Assembly: GCA_963706575.1 (NCBI GenBank)
Contig: CAVPNL010000005.1
Span: 256,001-320,000 of the forward strand
DNA length: 64,000 bases
Direction: 5' to 3'
DNA from: an uncultured delta proteobacterium
Lineage (GTDB): Bacteria; Desulfobacterota; Desulfobacteria; Desulfobacterales; JAHEIW01
A model generated the notes under the pieces. That model was not told where the DNA came from. It saw nothing but the letters and a program-made list of their open reading frames with translations, and did no database searches. Every line of letters begins with the position of its first letter. Within the stretch, counting starts at the first letter, position 1. The translations under genes were made by a program, and so were the position numbers. Shown here piece by piece: positions 50,197 to 60,108 of this stretch.

Positions 50197-51335
50197 TGGA
50201 AAAATCCATTTTACTCGTTGATGATGAAGGCGGCATTCGCAAGGTGCTCGGCATCGCCCTGGCGGATATGGGGTACCAGGTGCGTACTGCCGAAAATGGT
50301 GTGGAAGCCCTGCGCATATTCAAAGATGAGCTGCCGCCGATTGTGCTGACCGATATTAAAATGCCCGAGATGGATGGTATTGAGCTTTTGCGCCGCTTAA
50401 AAAAAATAAGCCCGGATACGGAAGTCATCATGGTTACCGGTCACGGCGATATGGATCTGGCCATTAAAAGCGTTAAATATGAAGCCACCGATTTTGTCAC
50501 CAAACCCATCAACGCTGAAGTGCTGGAAATTGCCTTAAATCGCGCGCAGGAACGAATTGCCATGCGTCGAAAAATCAATGAATACACCCAAAATCTTGAA
50601 CAGCTGGTGCGGGATAAGACCCAAAAACTTCTTGAAGCCGAGCGGCTGGCGGCTGTCGGGCAAACGGTAGCGGGGCTTTCACATGCCATAAAGAATATTA
50701 CCGGGGGTCTTAAAGGGGGTGCATTTGTACTGGAAAAAGGGATCGAGCTCAGTGATCAAAAATATTTGCTGCAGGGCTGGGAAATGATCAGGGGTAATGT
50801 CGATAAGATTACCAACCTGTCTATGGATTTGCTCAATTATGCCAAAGCGACCGACCTGAATGTTCAGCCCTGTGATCCCAGGCAACCGGCTCAGGAAGTC
50901 ATTGATCTCATGCACCCGCGGGCGCAGGAACTGGGCATTGAACTGGTCAGCGATTTTTCGCAAAATCTTAGTCCCTGTCAGTTTGATTCGGATCTCATTT
51001 GCCGCTGCCTGCTGAACCTGGTGACCAATGCCATTGATGCCTGCAGGAATGATAGCCCGGACGCCCCAGCCAAAATGGTGACTGTCCGCATAAAAAAAAC
51101 CCGCGGCTGGGGGGTTGAATACCAGGTGCTGGATAATGGCTGCGGCATGAACGCTGCCACCCAAAAGAACATCTTCAAACAGTTTTTTTCGACCAAAGGG
51201 TCTGAGGGTACCGGCATTGGGCTGATGATCACCAAGAAAATAGTCGATGAACATAACGGTGTGATCAAAGTTGAATCGAAAGAAGGTGCCGGTTCCAAAT
51301 TTTTCATCAAACTCCCCAAAAAGCCAGATGAATGA
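50196..51335 (+). CDS. Hybrid receiver-histidine kinase
   Basis: REC (LVDDE, TDIKMP), SHAIKN, NLVTNA, DNGCGM, GTGIGL. Confidence 0.92.
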   Translation: MEKSILLVDDEGGIRKVLGIALADMGYQVRTAENGVEALRIFKDELPPIVLTDIKMPEMDGIELLRRLKKISPDTEVIMVTGHGDMDLAIKSVKYEATDFVTKPINAEVLEIALNRAQERIAMRRKINEYTQNLEQLVRDKTQKLLEAERLAAVGQTVAGLSHAIKNITGGLKGGAFVLEKGIELSDQKYLLQGWEMIRGNVDKITNLSMDLLNYAKATDLNVQPCDPRQPAQEVIDLMHPRAQELGIELVSDFSQNLSPCQFDSDLICRCLLNLVTNAIDACRNDSPDAPAKMVTVRIKKTRGWGVEYQVLDNGCGMNAATQKNIFKQFFSTKGSEGTGIGLMITKKIVDEHNGVIKVESKEGAGSKFFIKLPKKPDE

Positions 51336-53052
51336 AATTCTCATAAAATACCGCCAGCTCGGCGACATTTTCGACACCTTTTCTATGGGGGTGATGGTCG
51401 TGGGGGCGGATCACAAAATCATCTCGTTGAACCATTCCGCCGAACTGATTACCGGTTACAACGAGTCTGATCTGCGCGGTAAATACTGCAACCAAATATT
51501 GCTTGATCCTTTATGCGGTGGTGAGTGTCAGTACTTGGCGGCAGTTGAAAGCAGCCGGCAGGCCAGCAGCGTGGATTTTGAGGTCAGCGATCAAAGTAAT
51601 GACAAGCACAGTATCACCCGGATCGTATCCCCCATTTATGGTTCGGACCACACGCCTCTGGGCTGCATCGAAGTTTTTCAGGATCATACCGTCTTCAAGG
51701 ATCTTCTTGAACGCGTCAGGCATGATGACCGGCGCCTAAAAATCATCCTGGATAACCTTGACCTCGGCGTGTTGACCGTTGATCGTGGGGGTCATATTAC
51801 CTTTTTCAATAACCGGGCTGAAACCATCACCGGATTTAACCGGGGGGATGTCCTGGGAAAATCCTGCAGCATGATCTTTGGTAAAACCGCCAGTCAGGAC
51901 CTGTTGCTGCTTAACGAAACCATTGCCGACGGCCGTGCGCGTTCGACCACCGAAGGAGAGATCAAGACCCGAGAAGGGCAGGCCATTCCCATGCGCGCCA
52001 ATTACATGGCGCTTAAAAATGAAGATGGACGCATTGTCGGTGGCCTGGCAACCGTTGCTGATTTATCGTTGAAGTATCAATTTAACAGCGAAATAAAAGG
52101 CCGCTATACCTTTTATGATATGGTTGGCAAAGATCCGGCCATTCAGAAAATTTTTGAAATTGTGCCCGTAGTGGCTTCAAGCGATGCCACCATCCTGATC
52201 GAAGGCCCGACCGGCACCGGAAAAGATGTTTTAGCGAAGGTCATTCACAACGCCAGTCAGCGTTCAAAAAAGCCGCTGGTCAAAGTAAACTGCGCGGCAT
52301 TGCCGGATAATCTTCTCGAATCAGAGATGTTTGGTTATGTTAAAGGGGCCTTTACCGGAGCAGAAAAGGATAAACCGGGCAGATTCCAGGAAGCAGACGG
52401 CGGGACTATTTTTCTGGATGAAATCGGAGACCTGCCTCTATCGCTGCAGGCCAAGTTGTTGCGGGTGCTGGAAGACAAAGAATTTTATCCCCTGGGCAGC
52501 AGAAAAACCACCAAAGTGGATGTGCGTATCATTTCAGCCACCAACCAAAACCTGGGGCAGCTGGTTGCAGAAAAACGCTTTCGCGAAGATCTTTTCTACC
52601 GGCTGAATGTGATGCGGCTGGATTTGCCCCCTCTGAAAGATAGGAGGGGTGATATTCCGCTTTTAATATCCCATATTTTAAAGCGGCTGTGTGCAACCCG
52701 GGATACGATGGTTGAAAAATTTTCCAACGATGCCATGGAAGTGCTTCTGAATTACGATTATCCCGGAAATGTCAGAGAACTTGAAAACATCATCGAGCAT
52801 GCCCTGATTGTCTGTCAGGATAAAATCATTGAACGAATCCATCTGCCCCTTTCACTCCAGGACGGCATTTCATCTCCGTTGCCGGCAGAAGAAAAACGAC
52901 CGTTTGATAGAGAAATCGAATTCAGCGAGAAAACCCTCATTTTAGATACGCTGAGAAAATACAACTGGAATAAAGGCAAAACCGCCTCGGCCCTCGATAT
53001 CAACCGCACCACCCTGTGGCGTAAGATTAAAAAATACAATATTTCCTATTAA
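51328..53052 (+). CDS. PAS-PAS sigma-54 enhancer-binding protein
   Basis: GPTGTGKD, ESEMFGY.KGAFTGA, FLDEIG, YPGNVREL, Fis-type HTH. Confidence 0.95.
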   Translation: MNEILIKYRQLGDIFDTFSMGVMVVGADHKIISLNHSAELITGYNESDLRGKYCNQILLDPLCGGECQYLAAVESSRQASSVDFEVSDQSNDKHSITRIVSPIYGSDHTPLGCIEVFQDHTVFKDLLERVRHDDRRLKIILDNLDLGVLTVDRGGHITFFNNRAETITGFNRGDVLGKSCSMIFGKTASQDLLLLNETIADGRARSTTEGEIKTREGQAIPMRANYMALKNEDGRIVGGLATVADLSLKYQFNSEIKGRYTFYDMVGKDPAIQKIFEIVPVVASSDATILIEGPTGTGKDVLAKVIHNASQRSKKPLVKVNCAALPDNLLESEMFGYVKGAFTGAEKDKPGRFQEADGGTIFLDEIGDLPLSLQAKLLRVLEDKEFYPLGSRKTTKVDVRIISATNQNLGQLVAEKRFREDLFYRLNVMRLDLPPLKDRRGDIPLLISHILKRLCATRDTMVEKFSNDAMEVLLNYDYPGNVRELENIIEHALIVCQDKIIERIHLPLSLQDGISSPLPAEEKRPFDREIEFSEKTLILDTLRKYNWNKGKTASALDINRTTLWRKIKKYNISY

Positions 53053-53341
53053 TTTTGATTTCCCATGTCCGTGTTCTGATAATCCCGCTCTGAGGGTATC
53101 ATACCAATCCCGCTGTCATATCCCAAAGATATTGCTGAAAATGAATCAAAAGATAGAATAGCGCATTAAAATGATGCATAATGATGCATTGAGTGTTGCA
53201 TTTCATTGCAATCATTCTTTTTATGTTGTTTAAGATCAAATAAAAATTATAACTTACTATAAATATTAAATAATAAGTTATAAGTGCACATAATTACTCG
53301 CATAATTAGAACCGTTAATCGATCCCACTAGGCAAACTGGT

Positions 53342-53357
53342 GTTGCATTTATGCAAC
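53342..53357. promoter_or_regulatory. Palindrome GTTGCAT-TT-ATGCAAC, candidate enhancer; related TGCA pairs at 53172-53211
   Basis: Perfect 7-bp arms ~100 bp upstream of a sigma-54 site with AT-rich spacer. Confidence 0.55.
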
Positions 53358-53457
53358 GTTTGTCTCAGCCATTTTATCCTAACCATCAGGTCAGCTTTAT
53401 ATTTAACATATTAAAATTATTATTTAATTTAATATTTTGGTTTCAAAAAAGACTTTC

Positions 53458-53473
53458 TGGCACGTTTGATGCT
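53458..53473 (+). promoter_or_regulatory. Sigma-54 (-24/-12) promoter of the usp-tmc operon
   Basis: TGGCACGTTTGATGCT (GG-N10-GC), directly downstream of a sigma-54 activator gene. Confidence 0.75.
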
Positions 53474-53552
53474 CAGGGTATTGACAGGCAGTTGATCAAA
53501 TCGATCAAAACAGAAACCATAAACCGCAGGTTGCAACAATTGAGAGACCGCC

Positions 53553-54086
53553 ATGAATGCTGTTACCCTAAAAAAAGATGGCGCCATTAACCTCAACGGA
53601 AAAACAGTGGCAACTGAGGCGCTCGATTTACTCAGCTGCCAGATCGCGCTTGAAGACGTTTACACCCTGAGAAGTTTCTTTAAGATGCTAAATAAATATA
53701 CGCTGCTTGCAAAGCTGAATGCTTTTTCTCCCTCCTCTATCGAGCAGTACGATAGCTGTCCGGAACAGGGATGCGATGCGGGTTTGCTCGACTATCTTGA
53801 ATTCGGCAAAACGGTCGAGATGATCGGCGTTCCGGACAAGCGCCTGGAGATCTACAACTCTCTTTTTGGCGTCCAGGCCGGGGAGACCACTGAGATTAAG
53901 TCCATGCAGTTAGCCAGTCTGCTGGATTTACCGCTCAAGCTCGGCAAACTGAAACACATCGTTTTCGGAGACCGCGTCGACATCTTCGAATTTGACACGG
54001 TGTACACGCTGTTTGAATTCATCGATGGGATTGCGTGGCAACTGGGCTTCCACGCCACCCCGGAACAATGCGAGTTAAGGAGGTAA
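53553..54086 (+). CDS. Hypothetical protein, first gene of the tmc-associated operon
   Basis: 177 aa, ends 3 nt before usp start. Confidence 0.75.
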   Translation: MNAVTLKKDGAINLNGKTVATEALDLLSCQIALEDVYTLRSFFKMLNKYTLLAKLNAFSPSSIEQYDSCPEQGCDAGLLDYLEFGKTVEMIGVPDKRLEIYNSLFGVQAGETTEIKSMQLASLLDLPLKLGKLKHIVFGDRVDIFEFDTVYTLFEFIDGIAWQLGFHATPEQCELRR

Positions 54087-54089
54087 GCT

Positions 54090-55013
54090 ATGTTTAAAAA
54101 AATCCTTTTTGCCACAACGGCTTCCCCCACCTGCGATAATGCCGCCAAGGTGGCCTTTGATCTGGAATTGAAATGGGACGCGAAGCTTTATGTCTTTCAC
54201 GTACTGGGCATCCCGAGTCGCGGTTATAGCCCATTTGTTACCGACGTGAGAACCGGTGAGCTCATGGAGCCGGATGCGGATTATATCGAGTGGGTCAGAG
54301 AAGAAATGAAAAACACCTACGGCGCATTGCTGGCCGACAGTGAAAATTCCGTGATTGAAGCTGCCGTCGGGGTCCCCTACCGGGAAATCCTAAGAAAGGC
54401 CCGCAAGGAAGACATTGATCTCATCATTATGGGGGCGCATACCCGGCAGGAGGATGTCGGTGCGACGCGCTACCGCAGCATCGTTGGAAGTACGATGCAA
54501 AAGGTCGCCAAATCCGCCCGCTGCCCGGTGGTTATCATCAGCCGGCCGTGCACCACCTGTTGGAAGTTGTTTTCCAATATTGTTTTCGGAACCGATTTTT
54601 CCAAGGCCGCGGATTATGCTTATAAGTGGGCTTACGGCTTAGCCAAACAAGTCGGTGCCAAGCTGCATCTTTTTCACGCCTGCGATATCAACACGAGCGC
54701 GGCCGGAGTGGTGATGGGGCAAGCGGAGATTGAAAATCAGATTCAAACGGCCAAGCAAAAGATAGAAAAGCGCTATATCGCCAAGATGAATGGATATGAC
54801 AATTTTGAAGTCGAAGTCCGTGAAGGAATTCCGTATGTTGAAATATTGAAGTTCGCTCGTGAAAAGACAGGCGATCTCATTGTTATGGCCCATCATACCC
54901 GGGAGATCGATCCCGAAAAAGCGGTATTGGGAAGCACGGTCGAGCAGGTGGTGTTGCGATCCGCCTGCCCGGTGGCCAGCGTTAATCATCCTGACAAAGT
55001 CGCTGATCTATAA
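54090..55013 (+). CDS. Tandem universal stress protein
   Basis: MFKKILFAT, G.P..EIL..A...DLI.MG twice, LGSTVEQVV..S.CPV. Confidence 0.92.
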   Translation: MFKKILFATTASPTCDNAAKVAFDLELKWDAKLYVFHVLGIPSRGYSPFVTDVRTGELMEPDADYIEWVREEMKNTYGALLADSENSVIEAAVGVPYREILRKARKEDIDLIIMGAHTRQEDVGATRYRSIVGSTMQKVAKSARCPVVIISRPCTTCWKLFSNIVFGTDFSKAADYAYKWAYGLAKQVGAKLHLFHACDINTSAAGVVMGQAEIENQIQTAKQKIEKRYIAKMNGYDNFEVEVREGIPYVEILKFAREKTGDLIVMAHHTREIDPEKAVLGSTVEQVVLRSACPVASVNHPDKVADL

Positions 55014-55058
55014 GTCTTCAATTTCAGCAACGGTCATAGTCAGGGATGGAGTTTGTAT

Positions 55059-55454
55059 ATGAAAAAGAAAACGGTTCTTATCGTCGAAGATGAATTGGAT
55101 ATGAGAATTTTCATATCCACCCTGCTTGAAACCAGCGGATATCAACCGATTATGACCCGAGATGGAACCGAAGGCCTGCTCAAAGCCAAAGACATTAGAC
55201 CGGATCTGATCATTTTAGATGTGATGATGCCCGGAGAGGGCGGAGTTCAGATGTACCGGCAGCTAAAAACCGATAAGACCCTGTGTGACATACCGGTGAT
55301 CATGCTTTCAGCCGTGACCCGCAAAACATTTGCCCATTATTTAAATATGGTCAACGCACGGCTGAAAGATGCCATACCGGATCCGGACGCCTATATCGAA
55401 AAACCGCCGGAAGCAGAAGATTTGCTGAAAATGACCACCGCTCTCATCGGTTAG
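55059..55454 (+). CDS. Single-domain response regulator
   Basis: VLIVEDE, PDLIILDVMMP; paralog of 47482..47889. Confidence 0.9.
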   Translation: MKKKTVLIVEDELDMRIFISTLLETSGYQPIMTRDGTEGLLKAKDIRPDLIILDVMMPGEGGVQMYRQLKTDKTLCDIPVIMLSAVTRKTFAHYLNMVNARLKDAIPDPDAYIEKPPEAEDLLKMTTALIG

Positions 55455-55523
55455 CATCATCTTTACCAAAGCGGGCTACACAGGGTGGTCCTAAAGCCAA
55501 ACCAAGCAAAGAGGAGTCGATCA

Positions 55524-56783
55524 ATGCTTACACGAATTGACTGGGATTGGGAGCCCGGCAGCAGAGATATTGCGAATATCAGCCAGTGGCAAAGAAAGTT
55601 TAACTGGGTCGAGGAACCCTATGCCAGTCCGAATGGTGAAAAAATAGCCGCCATTGTTAACCTGGCAGAAGGCGAATTCAATGTCTGTGTTAACGGTGAT
55701 ACCTGGCAGACGGTTTTTGATAAAATCTGGAATCTGCGGTTTGCGCCCGATGGCCGGCTAACTGCCATTGTGTCTGAAACGGGTGAATGGACCGTGGCGG
55801 TGGACGGCACACCCTGGGATAATAGATTCGGATATGTCTGGAATCTGATGTTTAGCCCCGACGGGAACAACATCGCTGTCGCGGTGCAGCAGGATATGGC
55901 TTACGGCATGGCGTTAAATAACGCCGTCTGGGAGGAAACCTTTTCCAATATGACCCACCCCACCCTCAGTCCGGACGGCACCCGGACCGCAGCCGCCGTT
56001 CAGGTGGCCGATTTTGGCGAAGGCGAAATTCATAAATTCCAGGAGGGCGTTTTCAGCGCTGCCCTGGACGGCACACCCTGGGACACGCAGTTTGTCAATG
56101 TCTGGGAAATGGCCATTAGCGCTGACGGCCAAAAACTGGCGGCCGAGGTCCGGCTCAATCTTTACGATTATACGATTGCCGTCAATGGAATACCCTGGGA
56201 ACAAACCTTTGATTGTGTCTGGCAGCCGATTTTTCATCCGCAGAACGGTGCCGTGATCGCTCCCGTCAGGACCGGTGGCGGTTGGTTTCTGGCGCAGGAC
56301 GGACAGATTATCTGGGATCGGAAATTCGTGCAGCTCTGGCATCCGATGGTCAGCAAAAACAGCAAAAAACTGGCGGCCATCGTTGCGCCCAAATATGGCA
56401 AATGGACCATCGCGGTCGACGGCAAGCCCTGGTCCGTTTTATTTGGGGATTTGCTGACGGATCCGGTTTTTAGCCCCGATGGCAACCGGGTAGCGGCGGT
56501 CGCCAAAAATGATGGGCACTGGCGGGTTGTCGTCGACGGCGTGGTTTGGCAAAATACTTTTGATCGCGTCTGGCCGCCGGTCTTCAGCGCCGGCAGCGAA
56601 GCGGTTGCCGTGAAAATCGAAAGAAACGGTAAATACAGTATCGCCCTAAATGATCGCGTATGGGATCAAGCGTGCGATGCCATCTGGGATCCCGTATTCA
56701 GCCCTGAGGGCGATAAAATTTTGCTGCGGACTTTGCAGGATGGCATCTATATGCGCAGCGTTTTATCCGTCGAAGATATTTGA
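55524..56783 (+). CDS. tmcD: Tmc complex subunit D (Trp-rich beta-propeller)
   Basis: Repeats W...F..VW...FSPDG..AA; GAGGAG RBS; context. Confidence 0.82.
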   Translation: MLTRIDWDWEPGSRDIANISQWQRKFNWVEEPYASPNGEKIAAIVNLAEGEFNVCVNGDTWQTVFDKIWNLRFAPDGRLTAIVSETGEWTVAVDGTPWDNRFGYVWNLMFSPDGNNIAVAVQQDMAYGMALNNAVWEETFSNMTHPTLSPDGTRTAAAVQVADFGEGEIHKFQEGVFSAALDGTPWDTQFVNVWEMAISADGQKLAAEVRLNLYDYTIAVNGIPWEQTFDCVWQPIFHPQNGAVIAPVRTGGGWFLAQDGQIIWDRKFVQLWHPMVSKNSKKLAAIVAPKYGKWTIAVDGKPWSVLFGDLLTDPVFSPDGNRVAAVAKNDGHWRVVVDGVVWQNTFDRVWPPVFSAGSEAVAVKIERNGKYSIALNDRVWDQACDAIWDPVFSPEGDKILLRTLQDGIYMRSVLSVEDI

Positions 56784-56801
56784 CGCTAAAGAGGGGGGTG
56801 C

Positions 56802-57461
56802 ATGAACACGATATACAATTTTGTGAGTGGCCCGTTAGCCTGGCTGGCATTTATTCTTTTCATCGGCGGCAGCCTTTACCGGCTCATAAGCCTGATGGTG
56901 CTGGTCCATAAAAAAGAAAAATTTATTTACTCTTACATGAGCTTGAAATACGGCCTGCGTTCCATTCTTCGCTGGAGTACGCCCTTTGCCACCGAAAATA
57001 TGCGAAGGCATCCGGCGTTGACGATCGCCACCTTTGCCTTTCACATCTGCCTGATACTGACGCCGATTTTTTTACTGGCACATGTGACCCTGATCGATGA
57101 ATCCTGGAACCTCAGCTGGTGGACGCTGCCCGACGGTGCGGCGGAGATCATGACCTTGATCGTTATTGCCGCTTGTGTTTTTTTCCTTGTACGGCGCTTG
57201 GTCAATCCGGAAGTTCAATATGTCACCTCAGCATCGGATTATATTATCCTGGGTATCGTGGCGGCACCGTTTATTACCGGATTTTTGGCCTATTACCAGT
57301 GGTTTGGGTATCAGGTATTTCTGATTCTGCATATCCTTTCAGGAGAAGTTATGCTGGTGGCCATTCCGTTTACGCGGTTGAGCCACATGCTGTTTGCACC
57401 GCTGACCCGGGCTTATATGGGCTCGGAATTCGGGGGGATCAGGCATGCTAAAGACTGGTAA
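56802..57461 (+). CDS. tmcC: Tmc complex membrane cytochrome b subunit (NarI-like)
   Basis: GPL.W, FH, H, LHIL, IPFTRLSHM. Confidence 0.85.
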   Translation: MNTIYNFVSGPLAWLAFILFIGGSLYRLISLMVLVHKKEKFIYSYMSLKYGLRSILRWSTPFATENMRRHPALTIATFAFHICLILTPIFLLAHVTLIDESWNLSWWTLPDGAAEIMTLIVIAACVFFLVRRLVNPEVQYVTSASDYIILGIVAAPFITGFLAYYQWFGYQVFLILHILSGEVMLVAIPFTRLSHMLFAPLTRAYMGSEFGGIRHAKDW

Positions 57462-57469
57462 GTGCAAAG

Positions 57470-57569
57470 ATGAATATCGAATATCGAACAAGGAATGTAG
57501 AAGTAAGAAGTATTTTGGTTCGTCAATACTTCGACATTCATAATTCCTTGTTCGGTGTTCTGCGGTTCA
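57470..57569. repeat. Short-unit inverted repeat (GAATATC-like units) inside the tmc operon
   Basis: gaatatcgaatatcgaacaaggaat..gaagtatt / aatacttcgacattcataattccttgttcggtgttc. Confidence 0.75.
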
Positions 57570-57602
57570 ACTAAAACAGATTAAACAAAAGGAATTGAGA
57601 CA

Positions 57603-58940
57603 ATGGCTGAGCCTGCAAAGCAAATTGAAAGGAAAATCGTGGATGAAGGCCTGGAAGTCGGTGTACAAAATCTGACCGAAGAACGGATCACAAAAGTGAT
57701 CAACCGCGTTTTAAAGGGTGAATCCGGCGCGCGCCTCAAAGCCTATGTCAATACCTGTATCCACTGCGGTCTGTGTTCCGAAGCCTGCCACTATTATCTT
57801 TCCCACGATAATAACCCGCAATATTCACCGGTGGGGAAAGTCAAACAAACCCTGTGGGAAATGCTAAAAACCAAAGGCAAAGTCAGTGCCGATTTTATCA
57901 AAAGAGCCTCTCTGATTGCCTCCACGGAGTGCAACGCCTGTAAGCGCTGTGCCATGTATTGTCCCTTTGGAATTGATATCGCCTACATGATGCTTACCGT
58001 AAGGCGCATCTGTCATCTACTGGGCGTAACCCCACTGTATATTCAAGATACGGCCCACAGTCATGCGGTTACCATGAACCAGATGTGGGTCAAAGATGAC
58101 GAGTGGATTGATACCCTGCAGTGGCAGGAAGAAGAGGCCCAGGACGAAATCCCCACCCTGCGGATCCCGCTTGAAAAAGAAGGGGCAGATATCATGTATT
58201 CGGTCATCGGCCCGGAACCCAAATTCCAGGCCCAGCTGATTTATCAGGCCGCGGTCATTATGGATGTGGCCGGTGTCAACTGGACAATGCCTGCCACCCC
58301 CGGCTGGGATAATAGCGATATGGCCATGTATACCGGCGACAATGAAATTATGGGGCGCGTAAAGCGGACTCATTTCGAAACCGCTCTTCGATTAAGGGTT
58401 AAACGGATTGTCATGGGTGAATGCGGCCATGCGTTTCGCTCGGTTTATGATATGGGCAACCGCTGGCTGGGATGGCGCATGCCCCCCATACCCGTCGTGC
58501 ATGCCATTGATTTCTACTATGAATTGATCAAAGACAAAAAGATCACGATTGCTGAAAAATTTAAAGAGCCCGTTACCCTGCACGATCCGTGTAATGTGAT
58601 TAGGGGCGGCGGTCTGGCAGAAAAGGCCCGCTATGTGGTCAATGCCATCTGTGAACAACTGATCGAGATGCACCCCAACCGCGAACACAATTACTGCTGC
58701 TGCGCCGGCGGTGGGGTCATCAATTGCGGGCCGCCTTACAAAAACACCCGCATGGATGGCAACCGCATTAAGGCCGAACAGTTATTTGCGGCCAAATCCA
58801 GGGGCGCCAAGATACTGATCGCGCCCTGTCACAATTGCCACAGCGGCCTTGAAGATATCAACCATCACTATGGCCTCGGTTATGACATTAAATTTATCAG
58901 CGATATTCTTTATGATGTTATGGAAAAGGAGACCGCATGA
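57603..58940 (+). CDS. tmcB: Tmc complex Fe-S subunit (CCG/HdrD-like)
   Basis: [44 protein letters not shown]. Confidence 0.88.
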   Translation: MAEPAKQIERKIVDEGLEVGVQNLTEERITKVINRVLKGESGARLKAYVNTCIHCGLCSEACHYYLSHDNNPQYSPVGKVKQTLWEMLKTKGKVSADFIKRASLIASTECNACKRCAMYCPFGIDIAYMMLTVRRICHLLGVTPLYIQDTAHSHAVTMNQMWVKDDEWIDTLQWQEEEAQDEIPTLRIPLEKEGADIMYSVIGPEPKFQAQLIYQAAVIMDVAGVNWTMPATPGWDNSDMAMYTGDNEIMGRVKRTHFETALRLRVKRIVMGECGHAFRSVYDMGNRWLGWRMPPIPVVHAIDFYYELIKDKKITIAEKFKEPVTLHDPCNVIRGGGLAEKARYVVNAICEQLIEMHPNREHNYCCCAGGGVINCGPPYKNTRMDGNRIKAEQLFAAKSRGAKILIAPCHNCHSGLEDINHHYGLGYDIKFISDILYDVMEKETA

Positions 58941-59320
58941 TGAAAAAGGGAATATTCCTCCTGATGGCTCCCCTGCTTGTTGGTATTTTACTGATACCCG
59001 CATTTTCACAGGAAGACATGGAAGTGGTGGATAATGAAGGGTTTAGCAAAAAACAGCGTCCGCCGGCTGTTTTCCGACATGATGAACACAACGAGAAAGC
59101 TGAAATAGAAGATTGTCGTGAATGCCACCATATTTATGAAGATGGAGAGAAATTGGAAGACGAGTCATCGGAAGACCAAAGTTGTTCTGATTGCCATGAC
59201 GAAAAAAGCAGGGATCAGAAACCGGGTTTGAGAAAGGCCTTTCATACAAACTGCAAAGGGTGTCACCGCACAAAAAACCAAGGACCTGTTATGTGCGGCA
59301 AATGCCATGTCAGGAATTAG
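58937..59320 (+). CDS. tmcA: Acidic tetraheme type II cytochrome c3
   Basis: Signal peptide, F.HDEH, CRECHH, CSDCH, CKGCH, CGKCH. Confidence 0.9.
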   Translation: MMKKGIFLLMAPLLVGILLIPAFSQEDMEVVDNEGFSKKQRPPAVFRHDEHNEKAEIEDCRECHHIYEDGEKLEDESSEDQSCSDCHDEKSRDQKPGLRKAFHTNCKGCHRTKNQGPVMCGKCHVRN

Positions 59321-59492
59321 AAGTTATTTGTTATGGGTTGATCGTTCGCAAGGGACAAACTCGGTTGATGTTTGCTCTCAATTGCCAAATTATAGTATAA
59401 AAAAATTGATAAATTCTAATGACGAATAACAAATAACGATTAACTCCGGATCGAGTGCTTGAACTCGATCCGGCCTGAAAGAGAGGAAAGCC

Positions 59493-59843
59493 ATGCCCAA
59501 GAAGATTTTGATTGTTGACGATGATCCGGCGATTGTCAAATATCTGAAGGCTGTATTTAGCGACAATGGATATGCAACCTGCAGTGCCTCGAGCAGCATG
59601 GAAGGGCTGGATGTTGTCAGAACCGAAAAACCGGATCTGATCTGCCTTGATTTACAGATGCCCGGTGAATGGGGCCCCCGGTTTTACCGCAAGCTCAGAA
59701 AAGATAAAGTGTTAAGGGATACACCGGTTATCGTGGTCAGCGGGATTGACGGTGACCATGCCATTAAAGATGCGGTGGCCTTTGTTAAAAAACCCTTTGA
59801 TCCGGAGAAACTGATAGGCATTGTTAAAAATACAATCGGCTAA
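59493..59843 (+). CDS. Single-domain response regulator (DVU0259/DivK-like)
   Basis: KKILIVDDD, LDLQMPGEWGPRFYRKL, KPFD. Confidence 0.88.
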   Translation: MPKKILIVDDDPAIVKYLKAVFSDNGYATCSASSSMEGLDVVRTEKPDLICLDLQMPGEWGPRFYRKLRKDKVLRDTPVIVVSGIDGDHAIKDAVAFVKKPFDPEKLIGIVKNTIG

Positions 59844-60044
59844 AACCTATCTCAAAAATGCATCTAAGCGCCCAGGGCCGCGTTGCCCCGCGAATTGAAA
59901 TACTCACCTACTCCGTGTACGCTCGGACAAACGGGTTTCAATTCGCGGGACGCCTTGATGCATACAATAACTTTTTAAGATAAGATATGTAATCCCGCTA
60001 TCGCGGGGCCCTGAACCCTTAGCCACAGTTTTGAGATAGGTTTT
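59842..60044. mobile_element. MITE-like element, copy D
   Basis: Perfect 16-bp TIR AAAACCTATCTCAAAA / TTTTGAGATAGGTTTT; first 24 nt identical to copy C. Confidence 0.78.
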
Positions 60045-60108
60045 CGAAAATCATCGGGTTTCATAGAACAGTGTAGACCATCGAGTTTGCTTTTTTTGGA
60101 TGATAACT

